Shown here: positions 44,851 to 57,730 of the stretch, in pieces | How the letters are laid out: each line of letters begins with the position of its first letter | Numbering within the stretch: position 1 is the first letter of the stretch | Assembly: GCF_009914755.1 (NCBI RefSeq) | Contig: NC_060928.1 | Direction: 5' to 3' (one strand) | Length of the DNA stretch: 64,000 nt | From: the human T2T-CHM13v2.0 reference genome, Homo sapiens | Notes under the pieces: generated by a model | Database searches by the model: none | The model's input: the letters and a program-made list of their open reading frames with translations, nothing else | What the model was told of the DNA's origin: nothing | Program-made: the position numbers and the translations under genes

Positions 44851-47800
44851 ACCTGTTTTATGGAAACCAGGACTTGGATTTGTGATTAGAAGGTCCGTAG
44901 TCATTTTTGCTTTCACAAGTACTCGCTCTCAGAATTCACAGAGAGTGATTGAAAATATATTTTTAAGATGAAAATTTGATCATACTTTTAACTTTTTTGG
45001 TTAGAGGCCAGTAGAATAGCAGCCATTGAAAGTTTTGAAGGGAGCAGAGGGAGCCAACTGAACAAAAGTCCTTGAAGAGAGAGTGGAAGTTGCCTCAAGA
45101 GCGTTGCAGAGATGTTGGGTTTCTCAGGACAATCCATGCTTCCGCCAGTCAGGAGGGTCTGGTGGCATATGCATTGTGTTTAAAAAGCACCTGGTAATTA
45201 AACCTCCAGGTTTCTAATGTCTTGTTTAAAGTACTCTTAGTATTTTAAGTGTGTTCTAGTTCCTTAGATAATCTATAAGGACATTGATTATACATTTTAG
45301 TATTAGCTGAAAATAAACTCAGAAAACAATACAGATGATTTCAAAATTTAACAAAATGTAATTTAATATTTGATGATTCCAAAGGCACCTCTATACCTCA
45401 TAGGGTCTTAAAAATCAACATGTGAAAAATAATTATTAGCCTGTGTAATAGGGGAAGGACTGATTTGTAGAGGTTTGTTTGCTTTTTTTTTTTTTTTTCC
45501 CCAATTAAGACTACTATGGTAATATTTAAATATACCTACTTTTTTCCTAGGATTTTCTGTTTGGATGAAGTGATGCTTTATATTAGAGATTAATAAACAT
45601 TTTAAATTAGATTTCTATTTTAATATGTGTATAAGTTTTTTACTCTGTAATTACTGCATAATTTGAGAAAATGTTTACATCTATGCAGTGGTTTGGAAGT
45701 CAACCAACAATTGCACATAGTACATATTGTTTACTAATTGGTTATAAGGCATATAATAAATATTTGTTGTCCCAATACATGTTTGTTGAATAAAACAAAA
45801 TTAGATATTCCATATTTTTAAGATGAAATGAATTTTATATCTGTAGTTTTAATATTTAATCATATTCTTTACCTGAAAATCGCTAGCCATACTTTTCGTT
45901 TTCAGCACTTCTCTATTTTGCAGTTGTGTTTCAGTGCTTTTTTTTTTCCCACTGTGCTTAGTCCTTCACGATTTATGGCCCTGTTATTTGTAAAGCATAG
46001 TAATCTAAGCAGGTGATTTTCAGTTTAGGATTTCTTCTAGTTCCATGTTGTATATTCACCAAGTCAGTTTTAGACTATATATTGTCATGCTCAGCACTCC
46101 CTTACAGAGATAACAGATGCCAAGTTGAAATTGACTTATACAGAATGCCACACTTAGGTAAGTGTTTAGGAGTGCATAGCCAAAATAAAAATGGTACCTT
46201 TGGTTTATGAATGGCAGGGCATCTAGGACAGTGTAGGTCAGTTCGTATTCTCTGGATGGACATTTATGTAAATATTAAAACATTTAGATTAGATGGAAAG
46301 ATGTATAGTAGGAACATTTCAGAGATACTGTTTCCTTGTAGCATTGTACTATTTATCTGAATTGTTAATTTGGAATAATCACTATATTGATTTTATTTTG
46401 AAGATATAATTTATTTCCATTGACTTGATATAAATAACAGAAATGCATCTGCAAGGAATCCAGTTCATTAAAGAAATTTACATTCGTATCTGATTTGGTA
46501 AATATGTGCTTGATTTGGGAATATTATATAACAAAATATTTGTGAAATCATTTTGTACTTTTTAATTGTTTTGAAGAAATTTAATACTCAAAATATTTCA
46601 AGACACCAAATCATGACTTTTTAGTTATTACATTAAGCTATAACTTGCTTTAATGAGTAAAAACTGTGGGGCTAATTTTCTTCCAAGTGAAACATCAAGT
46701 TTAAATAATGTGCACATGAATTTACAAAGTAGAATCAAGTGTGCAAATATGCTATATGTTCTGTAATAGGTTCTTGAAAAGCTGTATATAAACTCAGCTT
46801 TTATAAGTTGAGTCATATTTATAGAATAAGAAAATAGGGCAAACATTTAACACTTCTTAAATATTAAGTGATGGGCATACAGATGTTTGTTATGTTAATC
46901 TTTATATTTTTCTGTATGTTAGAAATAGTTTACAGAAAAAAATTGTGGTTAGTGACATTAAAGCACATTATATATTAAATATACTCAGGGACTTTGAAAT
47001 TTAAAGCAATATCAACATACAATTTACCATAGAAAAAATCCTATTCTGATTTTATTAATACCTGTTTTGCAAATTCAGAATTTTTAATGGGTTTAATTAA
47101 GCAGATACACACACAACAACAACAACAACAAAAAACTTGGACACACTTCTGTAACACATCTTGAATATAGTCTCATCTGTTGGAATTTTTTAAACTTCTA
47201 CACTTAAGTCTTAATCTGATTCTCCCTCATCCTCATAATATTCATTATTCAGAGGAGAGGCATCAACAGGAAGAATTCAATTTTACTTAAATAAAAATTT
47301 TTTACTAGCAACGGAATGAGTGATTCAGTGGTGGTGTCTTCCTGCTTTGAGAGAGCTGTTCTAAGACTAGGCAGTTAGTCTTAGGCCTAAGACTAGGCAG
47401 TTAGTCTAGGGGCTCCACAGCAGGCCCTTCCTCTGGGTTCTCTTTATGAAGAAGGCCTTTGTGTTTTACATAGATTTTGCATTTGTGCTGCTGTCCCTAT
47501 TGAGTTGTTCTCACCAAGCCAATCTGGGGAGTAGCTCTTAGGGGAAAACTAGTCAAACAGGTTTGCCTGTCTATTCAAAAGGAGGGAAGAACGGTGAAAT
47601 GTATGGATAAAGGCCAAGAGTAAAACTGTTTTAAGTAATATTCATGCTAATCACTGACTGTTGGTTTTGAAAATACTTTGTAGACATTTGTGAGAATGTA
47701 TCTTAATGGAGATAAAGTAAGAGAGAAACTGGAAGGGGAAGTAGTTTAGAAGCAGGGGATAAGGACAAGATGGGGAGAAGGAAGGGAAAAACAATGGAGG

Positions 47801-48439
47801 CAAAATAAGCTCAAGAAGGAAAGAATAGTGTTTCAGTGTCATATCTGGGCTTTATGTAAACTGGGTGTGTTATAGCAGGAAACCATGGTATTGATCTGAG
47901 AATGAATTTAATTAAAACAAACAAAAAACCCCCACATGCCTGTGATCCTCAATGTCCAAAATAGGGAGCGTCTTGCCAGGGCAGGGCTGAAGTTTACTAG
48001 GAATATTGGTGGGAAAATGTTATAGTTAACCATCTCTGATACTAATCTTATATTAGAGATAATACTTGGTTTCCCCTAGTAAAGTGTTAGAGTCATACAG
48101 CTTTATTGTAGTTTGCAAATCTATTACACATATATTTCTACTGTTTAGTTCTCATTCTGCCCCTGAAGCATAGCCCTATAGGTAGTAGCATTTTACAGCT
48201 CATAACTTGGTAGAGTCCCAAGTAACCTTTGGAAGTCAAAATGACAATCCAGTCTGGGGAATTTGATGTTAAAACTAAAGCTTCTTGCCTAGAACAAGTT
48301 TTGGAACTATAGCTCACCACCTGCCTCATGTTCTGGGAATGCTGAACCTTGATCCCACTGAAATTACCTTTAAGTAGTCTTTCTGTAGTCCTCAGTAATC
48401 TCCTCCTTTGCTCCATGCTTCTTCCCTGCTCCTTGAGAG

Positions 48440-49432
48440 TTCCTTCTCCTTTCTCATCTGTAATGGTAACTCCCCATCTGATCTTTGGTTGTGCCTCTTC
48501 TTCCTTCCTGGCATTTTTATTAACATCTTTTGTCCCAGCACCTCTCCTCTTCTCTATTCTCACTCCTTTGGTGTAGTTATTCATGCCCATAGACTGGATT
48601 TTTATTTATATATAGATGATTCAAAAAGCTGTATTTCTAATTGTGATTTCTTCTATACTCTCAAGAGCTTAGAGTTCCCAGCTCAACTTCCTAACTCAGA
48701 TCTGACATCCCCATTTGCCTCAGTCTTCGAAGACAGATTTTGGTGTTGTGGAATTCACTTTTTTACCCTTTATATCTAATCTATTCCTAATTGATCACTA
48801 TGTCCTTCATGAAGACCTTCTTCCCTTGCCTGAGTCTTTCCATTCACCTCCTGATGTCTTGGTGTAGTCCCACATCACTTCTTCACCAGTGGTACTAAAT
48901 GACTCATTTTCACCATTACCTGGGCCTTCCATCACCTCCTACTGCCCACAACCATCAGTCACTTGTCCTTACTGACCCACTTGCCTTCTTTGAGTGTGAT
49001 TTGACTATGCGTTTATTTTCACATGGGGATCCAAAATTTTTAGCATGGCTTTCGAGGCTGTCTATTGTCTAGCTGCTTTCTGATCAGACTTATTTATTTT
49101 CTCATATTGCTCAATAGGATTCTATCCTGTTTACCCACTGGGGCATTCATTTCAGGATATCCCCCCGCTTGAGATGTCCTGCCTTTTTTTTCTTCTGCAC
49201 TTCCAAATTCTCACCCAAGGTTTTGACACTCAAGTCCCACCTCAGACTGTGGCTTCCCAGTCTCTGTCACTTTTCTGTGACTTTGATTTGTACATATATT
49301 GATGTTAGCAATTAGGTTTCATTCTCCCTCTAAGGAGAGTATGAACTCTTAGAGGGTGGAGTCTCTTGTCTCCTCATACACCTTGGACAAACACTATTGA
49401 TCAGAGAGAAGATATTCAAACATGATTGAATG
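48440..49432 (+). mobile_element. L2 LINE fragment(s)
   Basis: Pyrimidine-rich L2-like body (cctctcctcttctctattctcactc...tatatagatgattcaaaa). Confidence 0.55.
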
Positions 49433-50110
49433 GTATCTTTAGTTTGTCATGAGGCAATAAGGGTAAGTTTCCTAATTTTCTATACGTATTTTGATTTTTT
49501 CCTGTTGTTTTTTCCAGAACTGCATCATTCAAACTTGAAACATTCCCCTATTTTTTTTTAACAAGGTGTTCTATATAGGAACAACATATCTTATAGGGAT
49601 TGCTACATTATTTAGTCACAATGGAAAAAAAAGTTTGATATATAGAAAGATTATATAATAGTTACATGGAACTCTACTATAAAATTATAATGGTTTAGTG
49701 GGTTTTCTTTTTTAAATTTACCTGGGGCTTCTATAGGTGGATGTGCATTCACAACTAATTCTAGGTAATGCTAATAAAAGAAAATAATCACGGTGATAAT
49801 TAACTGTATTTAGTTTTTATTTTGTATTTACATTTCAATGTAAGTATGCCTAATGTCATGAAACCATAGTTGGAGAAAATAATGATTATATGCATGAGGA
49901 AGATAACTTAGGAAGCATTCTAATTGTCCAACTCCCCACTTCCCCATAGACCTTTTATAACAATTAAATCAAAGCACCAGCCCAGGAATAATTCTTTTTT
50001 CCATTCTTTGTGCCTATTTCCTCCTTTGATAATTGCTGAATTCTTCTGGTCAGAATATCTCCCTTTCCATCTCCCTCTGAGCAGAGCAATAGGAATAGGA
50101 ATATATTTTA

Positions 50111-50284
50111 AGCCAGGTGAAGTGGTGCAGGTCTGAGGTCCAGCTACTCTGGTGGCTGAGATGGGAGGATTGCTTGAGGTCAGGAGTTGAGGCTCAGGCT
50201 GTAGTGTGCTGTGGAGATCGTGCCTATGAATAGCCATTGCACTCCAGCCTGGGCAACATAGTGAGACCTTGTCTCTTAAAAAAA
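50111..50284 (+). mobile_element. FAM (fossil Alu monomer)
   Basis: Monomer retaining the 7SL-derived tgaatagccattgcactccagcc segment; TSD GAATATATTTTAAG. Confidence 0.8.
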
Positions 50285-52428
50285 GAATATATTTTAAGAA
50301 AATTCCTCAGCTAAAGTAAAAAGAAAAGAGAGATAAGCTAGGTAAGATTATTAATCAGAAGTAATGCTTGTCTGTTTAATTTGCCAGTTTTAAATAATTC
50401 TTGAAGGCATTTGAGAGGTCATTATATTCTTTTAATCAGTTAGACTTTATCTGAATATATGCTTTGGAATATACTTTTTCTTCAAACTTCTAAACTATGT
50501 GCAATATACAGAAACAAGGTCCTCTGGCTGTCCTGCTTTCTGCTTGCTTTTTTTCTCTCCCTTTCACTTTTCTGGAGATAATTTTTCTGCCTCTTGTAGG
50601 GAATTCAGAGGAGGGATCCTAGTGATTGGCTTTACAAATTTGTGTGGGGGAGGGATTGGATAGAGTGGAGATGGGATAGGCATCTGCCCATCAGTAGGAT
50701 TTGGTTGTTTGTCCAGCCTCTATATGGGCTTTAAATGCTTTATACTTTCTGACCATTATTTTTGCCAGCAAAAATGATGTAGCTTATTTTGATACTACTT
50801 AAATGCAGTCCTGTCCTTATTCTACCCCTACTACTCCATCCAAAGGGAGACTGAAGGGGAGACATTTTGAACCAGACATGTTGATTTCCTGGTGGCCTGT
50901 GCAGTGAGTATTTTGTAACATTTAGAATTAATTCAGTCATTCATTTAATAAGTAACCTAATATATGCTAGAAATCTTCTGTCTTAGAGCCAAAATATATT
51001 GTAATTTTTTCATGGTCTAAGTATCTAAGGCTTTACAGTATAAAAGTTTAATAAAGTCATGACCAAGGCTTTACAAAGACTGCTATTTTGATTCATGTAT
51101 CACAGAATTCAATAAAAAGTCAAACTATTATCTGACATATGGCAGTGACAACTTTGGAGGGTGTTTATATGGTACAAATAGAAGATGCTGGATTAGGACC
51201 TAGGAAACCTGAATGCTGGTTCCGACTCTGCCAGCGAATAACTGAACTAGCTGTGTAATGCAAAGACAACCACCCCATAGAGACTTTGCCCCTTTCTCTA
51301 CAAATGAGGGGTTTGAAATCACCTATCTTTAGTTTTTAAATTGTGACTCATTTATTTAATGAAAATATATGGTTTTTAAAATTTTGATATCATTTTGGTA
51401 CAAATATATTGTGTCAATGTTTAAATATATTTATCTTATTTTCACAAGACAATGGCAATGATATACAAAAGACTTTCTCTGGACTTGCCTCATTGTGGTG
51501 AATATCGGTTATAATCATAGATACTTAGAAGACACAAAATTATACATTCTTACCTGTTAGTAAAGGAACATCAAAGAAATTCATTCTGTTTTTCTGCAGA
51601 AACTATCAAAATTTTTCCACTTCTGGGGATTAAGATAACTTCTGTTTTTTATCTAATACTCAACCTATCTAATACAACCTTGTCCTAGTGATGATGGTAG
51701 AATTTTATAAAATAGGGAAGTTTGTTATTTGTTCACCTGTGAAGACCTTCAAGGAATTGAATAGGAAAATACCTAGAGTTTTGTTTCTTGTTCTGATTTG
51801 CTTGTTTATATTTGGCCAGTTTTGTCCTGAAAATATGTTTGAGACATTACATGAAAATTTATTTTGTGACTCTTAATATAAATGTTAAAAATACATTTAA
51901 ACTAGTGATAGTAAAGAAAGAATATCTTAATTAGTGGGGGAAATAATCCCATGATCTTTTGTGATTCTACAACATTACTGTAGCCTTAAGAATCTCTACT
52001 AATGTTGTATTGAAAAGCTGTTTCTCCTACATGTGAATATGTTTCATTGCAGGAGAAGATGAAAGTTTGATCTGGATATTCTCCAGATTCACTTGCTGTA
52101 TTCTACTAATTAAAATCCCAATAAAAGAGAATTATGAAGAGTCCTAACAAAACATTTTAAAATGTCAATCATTGTTTTTGTATTTTTTAAAAATAAAACG
52201 TATACACGTTAGACTGTAAAGCCTTAATCTCAGTTGTATGATTTGTGAAACTTTTCTCACTTGTGTAAAGATGGGATCAGAATCAAAACAATTAATTTCC
52301 ATATTGTTTGCTGAATGTTTATCACATGCTGCAGATGCGTGGAGATAACTGTACCAGGCTAGTCTTGGGGAATTTCAGAAATAGAAACCCACATCTTTTT
52401 CTGTAGGATAACATAGCCATATATATCC

Positions 52429-52462
<34 letters not shown>

Positions 52463-52529
52463 ATATTAGATATATATAATATCTATATTATATATTAGAT
52501 ATCTATATATAAGATAGCCGTATATATCC

Positions 52530-52560
<31 letters not shown>

Positions 52561-52839
52561 GATGTTAGAAGACACAAAACTTTACATTCTTACCTGTATA
52601 ATCATAGATACTTGGAAGACATATATTGTAGATACTTGGAAGACATAGATTCTTACCTGTATAATCATAGATACTTGGAAGACACATATTTACATATATA
52701 TAAATATGTATACATATATATTTTTAAAATGAGGTATGTGATCAAGACGAAAGTTTTAATACCACTGTTTTCTTTATTAAAAAGGAAAATTGCATTTTTT
52801 AAAAATTACAAACTTTTATCCTTATTGTCTAAATTTGGT

Positions 52840-53003
52840 TTCTGGAACAGAAGCATCAGTGTTACCTGGTGACTTGTTAGGAATGGAAATTCTTGGGCTC
52901 ATCCCAGATCTGTAAAATCAGAAACCATGAGGGCAGGCCCCACATGTGTGTTTGAACAAGACCTCCAGGTGATTGTGATGCCTGCTGAAGTTTGAGACCC
53001 ACT
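52840..53003 (+). mobile_element. MER5A (hAT-Charlie); further MER5-like relics at ~53350-53470, ~53705-53850, ~54720-54880
   Basis: gcatcagtgttacctggtgacttgttaggaatggaaattcttgggc...ccaggtgattgtgatgc...aagtttgagacccact. Confidence 0.75.
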
Positions 53004-56000
53004 TATCTATGATACCAGATATCTCATCAATTCACTTTTCTCACATAATGAAAAAATTCTGATCATCTTAAGGACAAAAGAAAAATTTAGTTTAGATTTT
53101 AAAATGCTTTCCAGGTAAGTTTTATAACCTAAACTCGTATCTTATTTTACTTACTAATTGGTTATTGAGGCATCAACAAATATTCTTAGTTCAGATAAAC
53201 CCACACATTTCTCAGTTTATTAAAAAAAAACAGGGTTGAATTAGTTGTTTATTTTGGTATACTTTGCTATGACATTGTACAAGTGTAGCCTAGATTTTCT
53301 TAATTTTTAATCACAGGGAATAAAGGGGAGGAGGGTTTAAAAAAGCCAAAAACCCTTAGTCCTAGGCCTCATCCCCAGAAATTCTGATTTGATTGAACTA
53401 CATTGTAGATGGCAGGTTTTCAGGCATCTCTATTTTTCCAAAGCTTCCCAGGTGATTATTATGTGCAGTTGGACTATAGCCATACGTTCAAAGATTGGCC
53501 CATCTACCACGTATAGGTCCATTAAAAAAATTGCACATTAGATCTATTAGGTTCTTTTATTATTTTAAGCAAATTGTCCTTTCATCTATGTTTAATTTAA
53601 AAATATTTTCTTTTCCAGTACGTTATTGGTATTGTTGATTTGCTTAACCATGTTATTGATCATTTTATTACTCTTTATTCAGCCTCCTGGTTTTGCTGTA
53701 AGTCCTTGCTTATTCAAAATGCACTCCAAGCACCAGTAGTCCCATATTACTAGAGAGCTTGTTTCATAAATAAGTATGATGGGGCCCTACCCTACGTCTA
53801 CTGAACCACAATTTACATTTTAATAGTGTCCCTATAAAATGTGTCTTCACATTAATGATCCTCTATAACTTAAAATTTAAAATCAAGGTAAATTCTTTTT
53901 CTTTTCATTTTGTTTCTTAGAATTCATTGGTTTGATCTTAACTGCTTTTTATGAACCAAAGATATCAATCTCATTAAACCTATTCTTAAACCCTTTTTTT
54001 CCCAGTAAGTTTTAGAATAGTAAGGGATATTTTAAATTATCAAATTTCATAGCCCCACCTGACAGGTGAAGAAAATTAGGGACATAAATTAAATGACTTG
54101 GACTAAATTACAAAGGGTACTGATTTGGGGATCCATAGATGCATGCTGCAATCATTTTATTTTTCTTTTCATTATGTGTCACTTAAAATGATATCTTTGT
54201 AATTTAAACTACTTGAACTGTGAGCTAACTGAAAAGATAGTCTTAGATTACCAAGTACCATACATGTCCAAAAAACCTCAACATTTTATATATACATTAA
54301 CAATTATTTTAATTATCTGTCTAAATTGATCTTGATAATGCTTTTCTAACATACTACTTCAAATTAGTTTAGAATTTAATTAATTAAGTAATAATGGGGA
54401 AGTTGACTATTAAACAACATGAAAATGAAAGGAACTACTATATGTGTTTACTACTTATTAAGTACTAAAAATAGTCATGTGCTTCTGAGAGACTGCTGGT
54501 ACTTTGTATATAGAAATTTAAACAGAAAGTTGTTTGGAATTGTTTGTTCTGAGTTCCTGGGAATCTGGGGCTATGTGCATTATATTTTTCTAAATTCCCA
54601 AGATAATTGAGCTTTAATTCAGGTCTCGATAGTTGGATCCACATTACCTTCATTGTATTACCGGTATTTCTCTTATGCACATAAGTAACGAGTGCTAGAT
54701 CCCTATCTGTCAGTTCGGTGGGAGAATTGCATAAATATCCCCAGCTGCTTACTAAATATGCAGATTCTTGGGTTTCTCCCTAGACTCCATGACAGCTTAT
54801 TTGCTGAGGTGACTTTGGAACCTGTATTTTTAGTAAGTACTTGAGGTGATTCTTCTGGACGCCAGAATTTGAAAACAACTTCATTAGGTGATTATATCTT
54901 TGTGTTTTAAATAGTTAAATTTAATCACCATCATCAGGCATTAATTGGATACATACTGTGTACAAGGTACTGAGTGCAGTCTGTTGATATTCGTATTATC
55001 TTATTTTTATTTTCTCACTATATTTTTGTTTTTATCTTACCTTCCTGCTTAATGTTTTCAGAGAAACTCCCCAGGTGGGCCTAAGCCAGCTATCACTGAT
55101 AAGCAAATAGGGTTGAGTTTCTCATTACAGCTTCACCACCTGTACTGTAGATGTCTGAAAAGAGATAACTGCAGATACTTGTGTTGAAGAAGTGGTAAGT
55201 GCAACTAGCTTGGAATGGTACAACAGCAACAACAACTTTCTTTATAACCTCTCCTTCAAGAAGAGGTTCTTTTGTATTTCTCTTGGCACTCATGAATGTT
55301 CCAGGTGCAAAACTGAATTTTTTGAGTGGTATTCCTAATGGTCTCTTCCTTTCATATTTCATGTGTGTAAAGAAAGGTCTGCCTCTGTAATACTCGTAGA
55401 GATTTCTATTAATCTTATTTTTCATAAGATGGCATACTAGTTTAAGGAATGGAATAGTAACACAATATTTTTCTTTATGCTCTTTTAAATGAGTTTGTTA
55501 TCAGGCAAAGCAATATTTTAAAAGCAAAAGTGATTGTGTTAGAAATTTTGACCAAAAGCTTCTGACAGGGAACTTTGGATTAATTTATTTCATTAAGTTT
55601 GTGAAATGGAACCAAATTCCTTCTTCCTTTGCATTCAGCATTTTTCAGTTTTATTTCTGCAGTTAAGCTGTGGGCTTCATACAAATAAATATAATTTTTC
55701 TGATGGAATGAAAAACATTAATTTAGTAATGTGGAGGATTTTGAAAATCTAGAGTTACTTATATTTATTAACTGCTGACAGCCAAACTGAGTTCTCTCTG
55801 TGTAAGGTTTTCACTCAGATTGTACTCTTAAAGGTGCCAGACTTTTTTTTTTTTTTTTTTTGGGCAGGTGGAAGTTTTAACCAACAACAGGTGGCCTCAA
55901 TTTTCTGAATTCTTTCTTCTCCTACCTCAAATCAGTATGTTCCCATTCTAGTGATTTTAGGGGATTCTTTGCTTTTAGTAGTTTACTTGCTAATAGCCAC

Positions 56001-56377
56001 CATAAATAACTTAAGATTACCAAGAATTGCCTACAGATGAAAGATACATGTTTAAAACGAGGGCTATTTAACAACCAAGTAGATATAAAGCTTAGTTTTT
56101 CCCAGTTTGTCCACAGTTAACAACTTTTTTTAAGCTTTCTTTTTTTTCTCTCTTCACATGGTGGGATATGAGTACATTAATTTACTAGATACTAGATCTT
56201 TGTCAAGTTTTTATACTCTCAGTCTTATTATCTGTAAAGTGGGAGCCACTTTCTTGCCTTCATGTGATCTCAATATGAAATGAGATAATGTTTAGAAAGC
56301 TGGTAATGCAGGGGGAAGGCATGTAGCAATTAAAAACAGCTGCTGTTTATTGATACTTGTATGTTAAGTCAAAGCAA

Positions 56378-56503
56378 TAGGGTGACCAGCTCGTCCCCGT
56401 GTGCCCAAGACTTTCCTAGTTTTAGCACTGAAAATCCCACATCCTGGGAAACTTCCCCCCTCCCCACCCAGTTCTAGGCAAACCAGGATCCTGAGTCCCC
56501 CTA
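56378..56503. mobile_element. MER81-like hAT-Blackjack MITE
   Basis: TAGGGTGACC... / ...GTCCCCCTA termini, internal gttttagcactgaaa. Confidence 0.7.
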
Positions 56504-56862
56504 GGGCTTCCGTGACTTAGGAAAGGTAGCTTAGTTGCTTCACACACAATAATTTGGGCATAAGCAGGCAGGGCTGGTGTTATGGTTTTGCAGTCTCAGG
56601 ACCCAAGTGTCTTTGTTGTTACACCTTTTCTGGTTTATAATTCTGCCTGTATGGTCTAGGATGTTAATCATTACCATGTCTCATTCCAGCTGGCAGGAAG
56701 GTGAAAAGTGAAACTCCAAGGGCATACATTAGAAATTGCACATAGCAATTCTGCTTCCGTTTCACTCTCATTAAGTAGAACTTATTTATGTGACTAAAAC
56801 AAGCTATTAGAGAGGTAGAGAAAAATTGTCTTTCGTCTTTTTGGCTATATGCCAAACTGAAG

Positions 56863-57730
56863 TACTCCAGACCCTTTTTGCCTGGGTATCAGAGAACAGC
56901 GGATATTGGTGAACAGCAAATGTTGCTGCCTGATTGTTCCTCTGGAAGTTTTGTCTCAGAGGAGTACCTGGCCATGTGAGGTGTCAGTCTGCCCTTACTG
57001 GGGGGTGCCTCCCAGTTAGGCTAGTCGGGGGTCAGGGACCCAGTTGAGGAGGCAGTCTGCCCGTTCTCAGATCTCCAGCTGCGTTCTGGGAGAACCACTA
57101 CTCTCTTCAAAGCTGTCAGACAGGGACATTTAAGTCTGCAGAGGTTTCTGCTGCCTTTTTTGGGGCTATGCCCTGCCCCCAGAGGTGGAGTCTACAGAGG
57201 CAGGCAGGCCTCCTTGAGCTGCAGTGGGCTCCACCCAGTTCGAGCTTCCCGGCCGCCTTGTTTACCTACTCAAGCCTCGGCAGTGGCGGGCGCCCCTCCC
57301 CTAGCCTCATGGCCGCCTTGCAGTTTGATCTCAGACTGCTGTGCTAGCAATGAGTGAGGCTCCATGGGCGTAGGACCCTCTGAGCCATGCGGGGGATATA
57401 ATCTCCTGGTGTGCTGTTTGCTAAGACCGTTGGAAAAGTGCAGTATTAGGGTGGGAGTGACCCGATTTTCCAGGTGCCTTCTGTCACCCCTTTCTTTGAC
57501 TAGGAAAGGGAATTCCCTGACCCCCTGTGCTTCCCAGGTGAGGCGATGCCTCACCCTACTTCGGCTCATGCTCGGTGTGTTGCACCCACTGTCCTGCACC
57601 CACTGTCCAACACTCCCCAGTGAGATGAACCCAGTACCTCAGTTGGAAATGCAGAAATCACCCGTCTTCTGCGTCACTCATGCTGGGAGCTGTAGGCTGG
57701 AGCTGTTCCTATTCGGCCATCTTGGCTCCC
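56863..57730 (-). mobile_element. L1PA (approx. PA4-6) 5'UTR-only remnant
   Basis: Minus strand begins GGGAGCCAAGATGGCCGAATAGGAACAGCTCC (intact YY1 site); ORF0-homologous translation on +; no ORF1, ORF2 or poly-A. Confidence 0.93.

Noticed and set aside
48138-48779. 150-aa and 123-aa ORFs in intron 1
   Set aside because: They overlap L2-like sequence and show no domain or splice context.
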